Made by a program: the position numbers and the translations under genes. Positions 13,455 through 25,319 of a DNA stretch of 64,000 bases are shown here, one piece after another; the first letter of the stretch is position 1, and each line of letters begins with the position of its first letter. The DNA is from Macrostomum hystrix (lineage: Eukaryota; Animalia; Platyhelminthes), in NCBI GenBank assembly GCA_950097015.1, contig CATNEN010000001.1, positions 15,996,001-16,060,000 on the forward strand, written 5' to 3'. The notes under the pieces were generated by a model. The model saw only the letters and a list, made by a program, of their open reading frames with translations, had not been told where the DNA came from and searched no databases.

Positions 13455-16400
13455 ATGGCGTCGCAAGCAGGATGTCTTGGTCCTTTAGACCTAAACGATA
13501 CGGACCGTGCATTGACATGGCTTATTGCATTTCGCGCCTTGGCTCGAGCGCGAAAGTGGACAGATACAGTCGAAAGTCGACAAATTGCAGACAACTTCCT
13601 AGCTCTTTGTGGCTTGAATTCCTTGGAAAAGCTCTCATGCCTGCTGGCTCCTGCAGAAGTAGACACACAAACATTTAGCGCTATCGAAGATGCCATCAGA
13701 ACATATCTCCAGCCCAAAGAGCGGCTGGTTCTCAGCGAAAGGACGAAATTTTACTCGCTTCGACAACACGACAACGAAGCCTTGCCGGACTTTCTTGTGC
13801 GTTTGAAGAAGGCAGCTCGCACCTGCAAGTTTGACCAACTGAAGCGGGCGGCGAGCCCCGAGGACGAAATGATCAAGCTCGCGCTTGTAGCCGGCATGCA
13901 CTGTCCACGGACCCAGCAGAAGGTTCTTGAGGCCATGCAAGTGAAGGAGCTTCCTGTTGCTGAAATTATCGAACTGGTGCATCAGCTAGGTCAGATGAAG
14001 CAATTCGTCGAGTCTCAGGCATCACCGAATCAGCGGTGCAACGTTGCCGCAGAGATAAACCACAGCGATTCTCGGCGACAGGCAGCAAACCGTAACTGTG
14101 GTTACTGTGGCAAATCTCACGCAACGGGCAAGTGCCCCGCCTTTGGCAAGACCTGCAGCAAATGTTCAAAGGCAAATCATTTCGCTTCGGTGTGCCGCTC
14201 CTCACGGCCAAAACACGTACATCATGCCGACGATGACCCTGCCAGTTGTTCGCAGCCGGAAGTTCTACACCTCTCTGACGCCGACGCAATTCATGCCATA
14301 GCTAGCAGTGCTATGGAAGACGTTGTCATCATGGGGGCCCGTGTGCCCATGCAGCTGGATACAGGTGCTGCGGTAAGCATAATATCCTCCGTCATCTGGG
14401 ACCGCATCGGCCGTCCCGCACTGCAGACGTCTCACCGCAGGCTCCAAGCATATGACGGGCATCAGCTCCAAGTTATGGGCTCATTGCCAACCGCAATCGA
14501 ATTCCGAGGTCGGCTACACCCTGTTACCATGACGGTTGTCAGAGCCAGCAACGATTTTGGTCTTCTGGGCCGAGACCTTCTAGATTCCAATAGCATCTTT
14601 AGCGTTGCGGCTGGAACCAACAATGTGCCAAAGATTGAGAATCTGCCAATAATCAAAGGCCAGAAAGCAACAATGACAATGATCCAATGGTGGATGGCGC
14701 TGCGCCCAAGTTCTGCCGCGCTCGCCCGGTGCCACTTGCACTCGAGTCGGCCGTGAACTCCGAGCTGAACAGACTGCAGCAACTTGGCGTAATTGAACCC
14801 ATCGACGGACCGGTGAGTAACTCCTCCCCGGTGGTCTGGGTAAAGAAAAAGGACGGCACGCTACGGATGTGCGCCGACTATAGCGTGCATGTAAATGCTA
14901 AGATCCAATCCGAAGACTATCCGATCCCAAGTGTGGAGTATCTGCTGGCAAAGTTAAAAAATGCAAAGAAGTTTGCGAAAGTAGACTTACGCTCCGCCTA
15001 CTGGCAAATTGAACTTGATGAAGATGCTCAGGACCTCTCCATAATTAACACGTCGAAAGGACTCTTTCGGGTCAAAAGGCTTCAGATGGGTATGAAGAAT
15101 GCATCCTTCATCTTCCAGCGAACAATGGAGAGCATTCTATCGGACCTCAAAGGAGTTCTCATCTACCAGGACGATGTCTTAGTGTTTGCCGAGAACCAAG
15201 ATTCCCTGAAAAAGAGGCTTCGGGCTGTAAAGACACGATTAGCAGAGAAGCACGTCACCATCAACGAGGACAAGTGTGTCGAGGAAGCAGATGAAATTTC
15301 TTTCTTGGGCTTCCAAATATCTGCCGCTGGCATCAAGCCAGACGACAGGCTGGTGGAAAAGATACTCAAAATTGCCTCACCAACTGGTAAAAAGGAACTG
15401 GAACAGTTTGTAGGGCTTGTCAATTTCTTCGGCCGACTCATCCCAAACTTCTCTTGCAAGGTCGAGCCGCTCAATCGCCTTCGCCGAGCTGACACGCCAT
15501 TTCGGTGGACTGACGAATGCGAGCGCGCATTTCAAGCTTAAAAAAACGAGATCGCATCAAAGCCTGTGGTTCAGCCCTACTCATTGGAGAAGGAGCTCAC
15601 TCTCACAACTGACGCCTCGAAAGGTGCTCTCGCTGGTGTAGTCACACAGGAAGGACACCCTGTTATCTACATATCTCGAAGCGTCACAAAATCGGAGCAA
15701 AACTACTCGAATATCGAGCGGGAGGCACTGGCAATATTTTGGGCCGTCAACAGACTGAAACACTATCTGCTAGGAAGAAACTTCACAATTCAGACGGACC
15801 ACAAACCATTGATCAGTCTCCTGGGACAAGCAAGCGGAATCCCACTCAACACCTCAACGCGAATCTCTCGCTGGGCAATGGCATTAATGCACTATAATTA
15901 CACCATTCGCTACGAGCCGGGCAGCGATATTCCGCATGCTGACGCTCTGTCTCGACTGCGCTTCACTGATGCAACGCTTGACTCCAAGGACGTCTCCCAG
16001 GCTATAAACTGCGTTGCGTTCGAGACCCCTGTCATCTCACGTCAACGCCTTTTGGCCGAACTTGACCTGGACACCCTTTCTCAAAAGATCATGACCCGGG
16101 TTCGTTCCGGCGATTGGTACCGGTGTTCCCAGGCTGAGCAGGCTTTCGAGAGGGTGGCTGAGTCGCTCACTATTGAAGACGGACTATTATTCAAAGGCCG
16201 CCAAGCCTATATTCCACCGCGGCTTCGCAAGGAAGCTTTCAAAACAGCACACAGCACCCACTCCGGCTACATCGCCACCTTTAATTTGATGTCCCTGTCG
16301 TGTTGGTGGCCCGGGATGCGCTCAGACGTTGAGCGATTTGTCCGGCAGTGCACTGACTGCAGCAAATTGAGACCTAGACTTCTAAAGACTAGAGACACCT

Positions 16401-16815
16401 GGCCCAACACGGACTACCCGTTTCAAAAGCTTCATATCGATTGGGCGTATATCAAAGATGTCGGAAACATTCTTATCGTGGTCGATGCCTATTCCGGCTG
16501 GATTGAGGCATTTCCATGCAAAGACAGGTCTAGCGACTCTGTGATTCGCTCCCTGCGAACAGTTGTGACTCGATTTGGTGTCCCAGAGTTGCTGGTCTCA
16601 GACAATGCACCAGAGTTCGTCAGCGACGCATTCAGAACATGGCTGAAGCTGAATGGAGTCAGAAAGCTTGAGTCACCCACCTACTACCCGCAAGCAAATG
16701 GTGCTGCTGAACGAGCTGTTCAGACAGTCAAGAGAGCTTTACGCGCGTGGACCGAAAAGATCACTCATGCTGAATTTACCCCCTTTTTACAGCGTGTCCT
16801 ATTCCACCACCGCAA
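13455..16815 (+). mobile_element. Ty3/Gypsy gag-pol relic (no LTRs recognised, integrase truncated)
   Basis: Gag with two CCHC knuckles, protease LDTGA, RT YQDD, RNase H TDAS/EREAL/TDHKPL, integrase HHCC and D..D..E; frameshift near 14690 and stop at 15539. Confidence 0.93.
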
Positions 16816-17935
16816 CTCTGCGCAATCGCTCCACGTCGGAAGAAGGCTGGCAGAACACCGCGCAAATGCTCCTAATATGAGTAGAGCACAGCCTAACGAA
16901 CAAACGAGGGTGTGTTTGCATTGGGAACTCACCTCAAGTACCCTAGTCGAGCATCTAGGCTAGAAATTCTACGTTTTGCGTTCAGTTTGACAACGCAATA
17001 TAGTTAGAAAACTGTATTTGATTTTGTATTTCTTACAGCAGTAGTTCTGCATGTCCTCGATTTTTCAGACTATTGCAACATAGTTTTGTTTCTGAGCAAA
17101 TGAAGCGAATCGAAAAAAATGTACCCATACTTTTACAAAACGTAGCTCTGGCTGCTTTAAAGGCATTGGCACACTGCCGAAAGTGCACGTACGATTTCTC
17201 GAAACCCCGCAGAACATCGCTTAAATGCTCCTACTATAAGTAGAGCACAGTCCGACGAATACACCGGATGGTGTTATTCTTGTCTTGTTGTCTGTTTTTC
17301 TTCATGCGTTTCTACTTTTTGCGCTCTTTAGCATCAGAGTTAGAAGCATATTTTGATTGTGCTGAGCGCTGTTTCTGAACTCTAAGTCTAAGTCTTTTAA
17401 GTCTTGGTTATTTTAGCAATTGTGTGACACGCTATCACAGGTACAACAATATTTATCCCAATGAAGCGTGTAGTGAATAAAAATCAGCACACGGCATAGT
17501 GAGCATAGGTTGAGTGATCAGGTAAAACATTACATAATTGCTCCCTTTCGGCTCAAACACTTATTTGCAGTCTGCAACGGAAGTGCTCCATGGTACACAA
17601 AATAGCGCTGGCGCGACCGAAGTTCTTGTTGTCATTGAGGTAGAGGTCGCTCGCACCGGCGGGACACAGTGCCTGTGTGGTATGAGTCAGTCCAGGCCCA
17701 CGGGCTATGGCCTGCGATGCCTCACACCTGCATCGTTTCTTGAGCAGGCCGGGCAGGAAAGAGACCTGTGCCTTCGGGTACAGGAATCCCTCCGCGCTGT
17801 CCCGTCAGCTGACCCATGGGTACGCGTCCCGCGAGTGTTCAAGGCTGACCCGAGGGCAGCCGGACAGAATGGGCAACAGCGCTGGATGACCCATCCAGGG
17901 CCTCCCGCAAAACTGGGTATCTCTAGCCCCGGCTG

Positions 17936-18566
17936 GAGGGAAAGGTGTCACCCTTTGACCTTAACAGGGTATGCGGCCAGTCCGCAGCGTTCGTGCACCT
18001 GTGCGTGATCAGGTACCTCTGGCTTCGGCTCTGAGGGAAAGGTGTCACCCTTTGACCTAAACAGGGTTTGCGGCCAGTCCGCAGCGTTCGTGCACCTGTG
18101 CGTGATCAGGTACCTCTGGCTACGGCTCTGAGGGAAAGGTGTCACCCTTTGACCTTAACAGGGTATGCGGCCAGTCCGCAGCGTTCGTGCACCTGTGCGT
18201 GATCAGGTACCTCTGGCTACGGCTCTGAGGGAAAGGTGTCACCCTTTGACCTTAACAGGGTATGCGGCCAGTCCGCAGCGTTCGTGCACATGTGCGTGAT
18301 CAGGTACCTCTGGCTTCGGCTCTGAGGGAAAGGTGTCACCCTTTGACCTAAACAGGGTTTGCGGCCAGTCCGCAGCGTTCGTGCACCTGTGCGTGATCAG
18401 GTACCTCTGGCTACGGCTCTGAGGGAAAGGTGTCACCCTTTGACCTAAACAGGGTTTGCGGCCAGTCCGCAGCGTTCGTGCACCTGTGCGTGATCAGGTA
18501 CCTCTGGCTACGGCTCTGAGGGAAAGGTGTCACCCTTTGACCTCAACATGGTTTGCGGCCAGTCCA
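17936..18566 (+). repeat. 97-bp tandem array (6.5 copies) in the LINE 5'UTR
   Basis: Unit starts at 17936, 18033, 18130, 18227, 18324, 18421, 18518. Confidence 0.97.
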
Positions 18567-18800
18567 CAGGCCTCGGCGCTGGCTCAATGGCGCCCTCCAA
18601 TGTCCCAGTGTTGACCGTGCTGATGGACGCTTGACCAGGGAGTAGTCTGGCCTCCTACGGTTCCTCCCGGTGGTCCTGGCATCCCACCCCGGGTTGTAAC
18701 TTGTCTTTTTTGGCTGCCCCCGCTCAGCTTTGGGATCGCGGCTGAGCGGGTTATTCCTGCCTGTGTCTACAGGAAGCCCCTCTCCTCATTGCAGCTTCAA

Positions 18801-20363
18801 ATGGCTTCCAGCCTACCTACTGCTCCGGCCGAGGACACCATGGTGCCCGAGTCCATACACGCTGCGGCGCCCGGGCTAGCTGGCCCCGCGACCGCCACAA
18901 ATGCCGCGCTGCCCAACTCGCGCGATGACCGGGGCGCTAAGCGCTCCACAACCTCTGGAGCGGCAAAGCGTCGTAGGCGCTTAATGGCCCACGGCAAGCC
19001 GGCTCCATCGAACGAGGACCGGGCCCAGGCCAGAGGGGCCGAAGGGGCTCTGCCTAGGGCGGGGGCTGGGGCGGGGGGCCTTGCGCCTCCTGCCCAGGCT
19101 CCTGCACGGGGCGGAGCCCACGACGCCCCGAGGCCAGGGTCGCGGGCCAAGGAGGTCCCGGCGCCCATCCGGACGGCGGCTCGGGCTGAAGGAGAAGCGG
19201 AGGCAGAGGGCCCTGTGCCCACCGCCGACGCTGATCCCGAGGGTGGGGTCGCCACCGGACAGGGCCCGGGACCACATGCCACCTACGCCGCCATCGCACG
19301 TAGGCAACCTGCCGTTGTCATCACCGGCAGAGACGGAAAAAGGCTGAGCAGCGAACAGCTCAGCAACATTTGCCGCAACATAGATGCTATGCTGTGGCAA
19401 CTCCAACTGAAGGGCGAGCCCCTGGCGGTCGGCGCAAGCGCTACCAGGGAATCGTGCTTCGTCGTCTGGCCCGGCGACGCGGAATCAGGGCGGCGGCTCC
19501 TTGAGTTGCTGCCCACGCAGAGCTGGGCGGCTGGCCTCGACTTCCTCCGGGAGAACGAGCCACCAAAGTCCAAGCGACACCGCATTTTCGTCCCGGCGAA
19601 AAGTGTCGTCACCAGCGCTGAGGACCTCCGCATGGGCCTCATCGCGATGAACCGGGAGCTGCCGACAGCGGGCCTGATCGTGCACCGCACGATCCTGCGC
19701 CCCGATGGCACCGGGTTCACCGCCATTCTGGGCCTGTCCGAGCAATGGACACGCCGATACCCAGATGGCGCCAACATCTGCATTGGTCTGTGGAAGACCA
19801 AAATCTTCGCCTTCGAGGCAGATAAAACTCAAGGTCAGTCCGGGCCCACCACCGTACCGGCCACTGAAGGGTCCTCGGACCCCGAGGTTGGGACTGGGGG
19901 CAGGGCCCAGTCGTCTCGCCAAAAAAGGCCAGAGCGTGCCATCGCTGGCAGCTCTGAGCGTCGCCCCGCGCGCATCACAAAGCGCCGGGGCCTTCTCCAG
20001 CGGGCCTCCGAGGTGGTGCGAACCGCCAGGATGGCCCAGCTGCGCGCTGAGATGCGCGGTGGCCCACCGGGGCAGGCGCCGCAACCAAGGGCTACGGGGG
20101 AGGCCTCTAAGGTGCCCAGCTCCATCGAGCAGGGCCCTTCGAGCGGCCCTCCCACGGCCCAGGGTGCGGTGTCGGCACCGGTTGAGGGCGACTCTGGGCC
20201 TGGGCTCGGGCCGGGGGTGGGGACTGGGCGGCTGACCCCGTCGAGTTCCCGCCTCTGGCTCGGGGCCGGGGCACGGAGGAGCCCATGGCTACCGACATCG
20301 ACCCGGAGGAGGAGGACCGCCTTCTGGCTGAGTCCCCCTCCAAGTAGACATCTGCCTGCATGA
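18801..20363 (+). CDS. LINE ORF1 (no zinc knuckle seen)
   Basis: Long ORF from ATG 18801 overlapping the ORF2 start (ATGA); TYAAIARR motif; position upstream of APE. Confidence 0.75.
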   Translation: MASSLPTAPAEDTMVPESIHAAAPGLAGPATATNAALPNSRDDRGAKRSTTSGAAKRRRRLMAHGKPAPSNEDRAQARGAEGALPRAGAGAGGLAPPAQAPARGGAHDAPRPGSRAKEVPAPIRTAARAEGEAEAEGPVPTADADPEGGVATGQGPGPHATYAAIARRQPAVVITGRDGKRLSSEQLSNICRNIDAMLWQLQLKGEPLAVGASATRESCFVVWPGDAESGRRLLELLPTQSWAAGLDFLRENEPPKSKRHRIFVPAKSVVTSAEDLRMGLIAMNRELPTAGLIVHRTILRPDGTGFTAILGLSEQWTRRYPDGANICIGLWKTKIFAFEADKTQGQSGPTTVPATEGSSDPEVGTGGRAQSSRQKRPERAIAGSSERRPARITKRRGLLQRASEVVRTARMAQLRAEMRGGPPGQAPQPRATGEASKVPSSIEQGPSSGPPTAQGAVSAPVEGDSGPGLGPGVGTGRLTPSSSRLWLGAGARRSPWLPTSTRRRRTAFWLSPPPSRHLPA

Positions 20364-23300
20364 TGATCCCCGGAATATCATGTCTGCAAGTTAACACCCA
20401 GCACTGCGTGGCAGCATCAGTCAATCTGATGCGCACGACAGAGCGCACGATGCCGGGCCTTGTACTTGTGCAGGAGCCCTGGTTATCAAAAAACAAGCCA
20501 AGTAACATTCCTGCTGGCTATGACTGCTTCTGCATGGCAGACTCTGTCCGCCCTAGATCACTGATCTATGCTTCAAAAGCCTTAAATGCGTGGATGAGAC
20601 CCGATCTCTCTAACGGGGACATCTGCGTCATCCAATCTGCACACATTGTGCCCAACAAGTTGACCCTCGTGGCATCCGCCTACCTGGCAGGCGACGCCCC
20701 CGTGGTCAGCGATACCCTCGTCGCCCTCTGTGATTTCGCCAGGGCACGAAATTTTGAACTGCTCCTCGCGGGAGATGCAAACTCGCATCACACCCACTGG
20801 GGTAGCTAAAAAATCAATGACCGCGGCGAAGAGCTCCTGGCCTTCGTTAGCGGCACGCCTCTTAACTTCTGCAATGTGGGCAACACGCCCACGTTCGACA
20901 ATGGGCGGTGGGCTGAGGTGCTTGACGTCACCCTGGCCTCACCCGGCATCCTCCCAAGGGTGCTGGGGTGGGAGGTGTGGGAGACCGAAAGCTCGCTCTC
21001 GGACCACCGCTTCATTCGCTTCAACATCGGTACCCCCGATAAGAAGCAAAAGCTTCTTATCGCCTCCTATTTGGAGGCGTAATGTCAGAAACACCGACTG
21101 GCCCGTGTTCAGCCAAAAGCTGCATGAGGGCATTCGGGATTCCGACCCCTCCATGGCCATGGCAACCACGCAGGACCTAGATGGAGTGGCTGCCCTGCTG
21201 GGCGGCGCCATCACAGAGGCCTACGAAATGGCTTGCCCGCTCAAAGCCTACAAAGGCAAAAAATCGGCCCCCTGGTGGAACCCCGAGCTCGGAGTCCTGA
21301 GACGCCGAGCAAAGGCTCTCCAGAGGAGGCTGAAAATCTCGCACGACCCTGATGACAAAGAGGCCTATACTCGCGCCATCCATGAGTTTAAGGGCCGGGT
21401 CAGAAGGGCAAAAGCGGACAAGTGGCGACAATACTGCGAAGGGCTTGAGGGCTCGCGGCCCACGGCCCGCGTGGTAAAGGCGCTCACCAACGACCGCTTC
21501 TCCAAGCTCTTATCGATCAAAAAGCCAGACGGCTCGATCACGGAGCGCCCGGAGGAAACGCTCGAGCTTATGCTTGGGCATTTCTTCCCGAGTGTACCGG
21601 CGCACTTTGGCCCAGACGACCACTCACGTGGAGGTCAGGGCCTGGCTCAGTCACTCGTCACGAATGACCGCATCGTTCGCGCGGCAAAGTCATTCAACCC
21701 TTTCAAAGCACCTGGGCCAGATGGTATTTATCCGGCCTTTTTGCATGAAGCGGTCAAAAATGGCCGCTTCCTCCATCTCCTCTGCAGACTTCTACGGGCC
21801 TGCATCGTGCTGGGCTATGTACCAGCGCTGTGGCACGAAGCCCGGGTCGTCTTCATCCCGAAGCCCGCCAAAGGCGACTATCGCTCGGTCAAGTCCTATC
21901 GCCCGATAAGCTTGACTTCCACCTGCCTCAAGCTCATGGAAAGACTGGTGCTTTGGCGCCTTCTTACTGTAGAGCTAGGGCGGGCCCCGCTCTCCCCAAA
22001 CCAGCACGCCTTTCGGGCGGGCCGGTCCACGGAGAGCGCCCTCCACTGCATCGTGGAGACTCTCGAGAAGGCAGTGCTGGGCAGCGGTTTTGCCCTGGCT
22101 GTCTTCCTAGACATTGAGGGGGCCTTCGATAACGTTTTTTTTCGAAGCTTTTGAGGAGGCCCTGGTTTCCAGGGCCACTCACCCCCACCTCGTTCGCTGG
22201 GTCATGTACATGATCCGGCATCGCCACGTGGTGGCCCACCTCGAAGGAAGGCTGCTCTCGGCACCTGTCCTAAAAGGAGGGCCCCAAGGCGGCGTACTCA
22301 CCCCACTGCTGTGGAATCTCGTCATGGATGAGCTGCTGAAAAGCACTCGTCCTGACCCAGTCCTGAAGGTGGGATATGCCGACGATGTGACCGCCATCTG
22401 CGCGGGCCCCTCGGCGGAAACCACCAGAGACCTCATCCAGGGCTTTATCAACAGGGCGGTGCGCTGGGCGGACCAATGCGGGCTCCGACTCTCTGAGTCC
22501 AAGACCGTTGCGGTTATGTTTACCAGCAGACTGCTCTGGACCATTAAGCCTCTGACTCTCTATGGCAAGAATATTGCCATGGAAAAGCAGGTCCGGTGCC
22601 TTGGTCTCGTGCTAGACCATAGGCTTAACTGGACCCCGCACATCACCACAAAGGCCAAGAGGGCCCTGGCCATACTGGCGCAAGTCAGGCGTGCCGTGGG
22701 CACCACTTGGGGGCTAACGCCCAAGAACCTTTGGTGGATTTACACGGCGATCATTAGACCGTCCGTCGCTTACGCTGGCCTCATCTGGGCCAGCGCCATG
22801 GGCATCCAGAAAAACCTGGAGGCGCTTTATAGGGTGCAGGGCAGAGCCTGTCGTATGACGCTGGGCGCCCCACCCTCCACTCCCTTCGAAGGCATGAATG
22901 CTTTCCTCAACGCTACACCCATTGACATTTTCGTAAAGGGGGAAGCAGCAAAGTCCACCCGTCGTCTTCTTGATACGGGTGTCTCCTTCCAGAATTCGCG
23001 AGCCTTCTCGAAGCGCTCCCTTCTGCCTCACTCTGACCTCTGCCTGAAAACTCTGGGCGAGTGCGGAGGGCTCACCATCCTTTCGGACGGGGCCCCGGCC
23101 ACTTTACTCCGGAGCCACAGGTACAAAGTCAGCATCTCACCTCGTAATGAGGTAAAGGACTGCTGGGATGACCCGGCAGTCCACTGTTACACTGACGGCT
23201 CTCTGATGAACGGTAAATCGGGATTCGGAGTGTGCGTCGCCTCGGGTGGTGAGGTCCTCTGGACCCACTCCCAATACTGTGGCAAGAGCTCTAGCGTTTT

Positions 23301-24078
23301 CCAAAACGAAGTGCTCGCCATCAGCTTCTGTGCGGCTGAGCTGCGCCAGAGGCAGCTGGCTGGTCGGAGGATCTTTTTTCACTCCGACAGTCAAGCAGCC
23401 CTCAAGGCCCTCAGCCGCTGCACCTCTCGCTCCAGAACCACCTTGGACTGCAACACCCAGTTAAACGGGTTGGCGCAGTCTAACAAGGTGGAGCTGCTGT
23501 GGATCCCTGGGCATGCCGGGTTCACAGGGAATGAGATGGCGGACCAGCTTGCTAAGGCTGGAGCAGCCAGCTCCCTGATGGGCCCGGGCCCGGAGTCCCC
23601 GATCCCCATCTCAGTTGTCAACTCCAGCATCAACTGCTGGATGGAGACCCAGCACCGGAGGAGGTGGTCCAGCACCCTGAACTGTCGCCAGTCCAGGGCT
23701 GCGGTGCCAACCCCCTCTAGTAACCTGCGTAAGGCCTTACTCAGGCTTAACCGCAGAGACCTAAGAGCAGTCACTATGGCTCTTTCGGGACATGGCTGCT
23801 TCACCAGACACCGCTACCTTCAAGGCCACGTGCCTGAGGAAACGTGTCCCTTCTGCTGCTCCGGACGCGAAAATGCAGAGCATTTCATCTGCCACTGCCC
23901 GGCCTTCACCCGGGCCAGGCTAAAACATCTCGGGCCGGCACCGACTCTCGCCGAAGCCTGCTCGCCCGAGAACATCCCACAGCTCGCCAACTTCCTCCGG
24001 GATACCGGCCGAGCTGATTTCTTCCCAGCCTATGGCGAGGAAGATCGCGCGGCGGAATCGACTGACGGACCACCCTGA
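20360..24078 (+). pseudogene. LINE ORF2: APE endonuclease, RT, RNase H, CCHC; one stop and two frameshifts
   Basis: LQVNTQH, LVQEPW, GDANSHH, SDHRFI, KAPGPDG, YRPISL, PQGGVL, YADD, YTDGS, WIPGH..GNE.AD, CPFC..H...C. Confidence 0.93.
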
Positions 24079-25319
24079 GCGGCACCGCCTCGCTGGAGGC
24101 TGTCTGGCTGCCAGGGGTTAGCGATATGGGCGGCATCAGCCGCCTCCTCGCTGCGTCCGTCATGGAGGCTCCCTGCCGCTAAGTCAAGTAAGTCAAGAGG
24201 TAGAGGTCGGCGATGAACCCATTATCACGGCTGAAGATTCTGCAGAAGCGATAACTGACATCGGATTGTCTGTTACTGCTTCGCTCTTAGCCGATGGAGC
24301 GCTGCAACTCGCATGTGAGGACTCTTACCAAACCAGCGTCGAGTTTTGCATCACCATGGCTGTAAGGAGTGATAGAAATCCGACGCAGCCTATCTTGAGA
24401 TCTCACAAAAGTTTAAGTGAAATTCAAATATGAGAAAAGGGGTAGAGGTATCGGATACGTTTCCGGCCAGGTGGTGCTGTCAATATGTAAAATATCTTGC
24501 ATTACGCAACTAAATGAGTGCATTTTCGGTCTCGCTTGTCTTAGATATGCGCGAGGTTAAATGATATGGTTGCAGCATTTTATACACATGCACTCTTAGC
24601 GATTAAGCATTTTGCTTTTCCGCTTTCTGCCTTATTGGCAAGTTGGGCTTCGCATTTCAATTCAATTCAGAAATGCCTCGAGGTTGTCTCATGGACTGGC
24701 TACCTAGGTTGGGGGCACGAATACTTACCCTAACACGCTGTGTAGCAGATCATCAGCGCTATGGGCGGGCTGCCGCGTTTGCTGGAGAGTTGAGTCAGAT
24801 AGACGCAGTATACAGAGCCTAGGTGAGTTCTTCCCCCCTCTGTGTCCGCGCAGTCCCTAGTGCCAAGAGTATAACTCCCCTCAGAAGTTCTGCTATCCTA
24901 CTGAGCCTATTGAAGCGCGCTATAATAATGAAAAAGCCCTATACGGTGTACTTTTAATGCTGCAATTCACTTGACAGGTCCTTTTACCTGCGATGAGTCG
25001 GCCGGCTCCTGCAAATGCTCCTTTAGAGCCTGAGTTTAAAATGTAGTAATGCTGGTCAGCGCTGCCTGAATTCTTTAACTGAGTACACCCGTTATGATAA
25101 TTCGACCATGGTCCTATTTAAACAACTTCCTGGTAGCCCCTCGTTATTGATGCGCGGCCTTGGTGACTTGTTTCACCAGCCGCTAACTATTTCTCTACTA
25201 AGGGAAATCATACCGTAACTTTGTACATAACTATTCTACTATTTGGATTTTATCAATTTTTTTAGGTAGAGTAGCTCGCTTGACAACAATTAAATAGAGA
25301 AAACTCAGAATCAACATTT

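Larger units (their letters stand above)
17650..24196 (+). mobile_element. Full-length non-LTR retrotransposon, LOA/R1 group (Lian-like) with RNase H
   Basis: 13-bp TSD GAGGTAGAGGTCG (17637-17649, 24197-24209); short TAAGTCAAG repeat tail; ORF1 plus APE-RT-RNaseH-CCHC ORF2. Confidence 0.93.

Noticed and set aside
16863-17275. ~55-bp imperfect direct repeat as a Gypsy LTR
   Set aside because: Both copies lie downstream of pol; no TG..CA ends, PBS or PPT found
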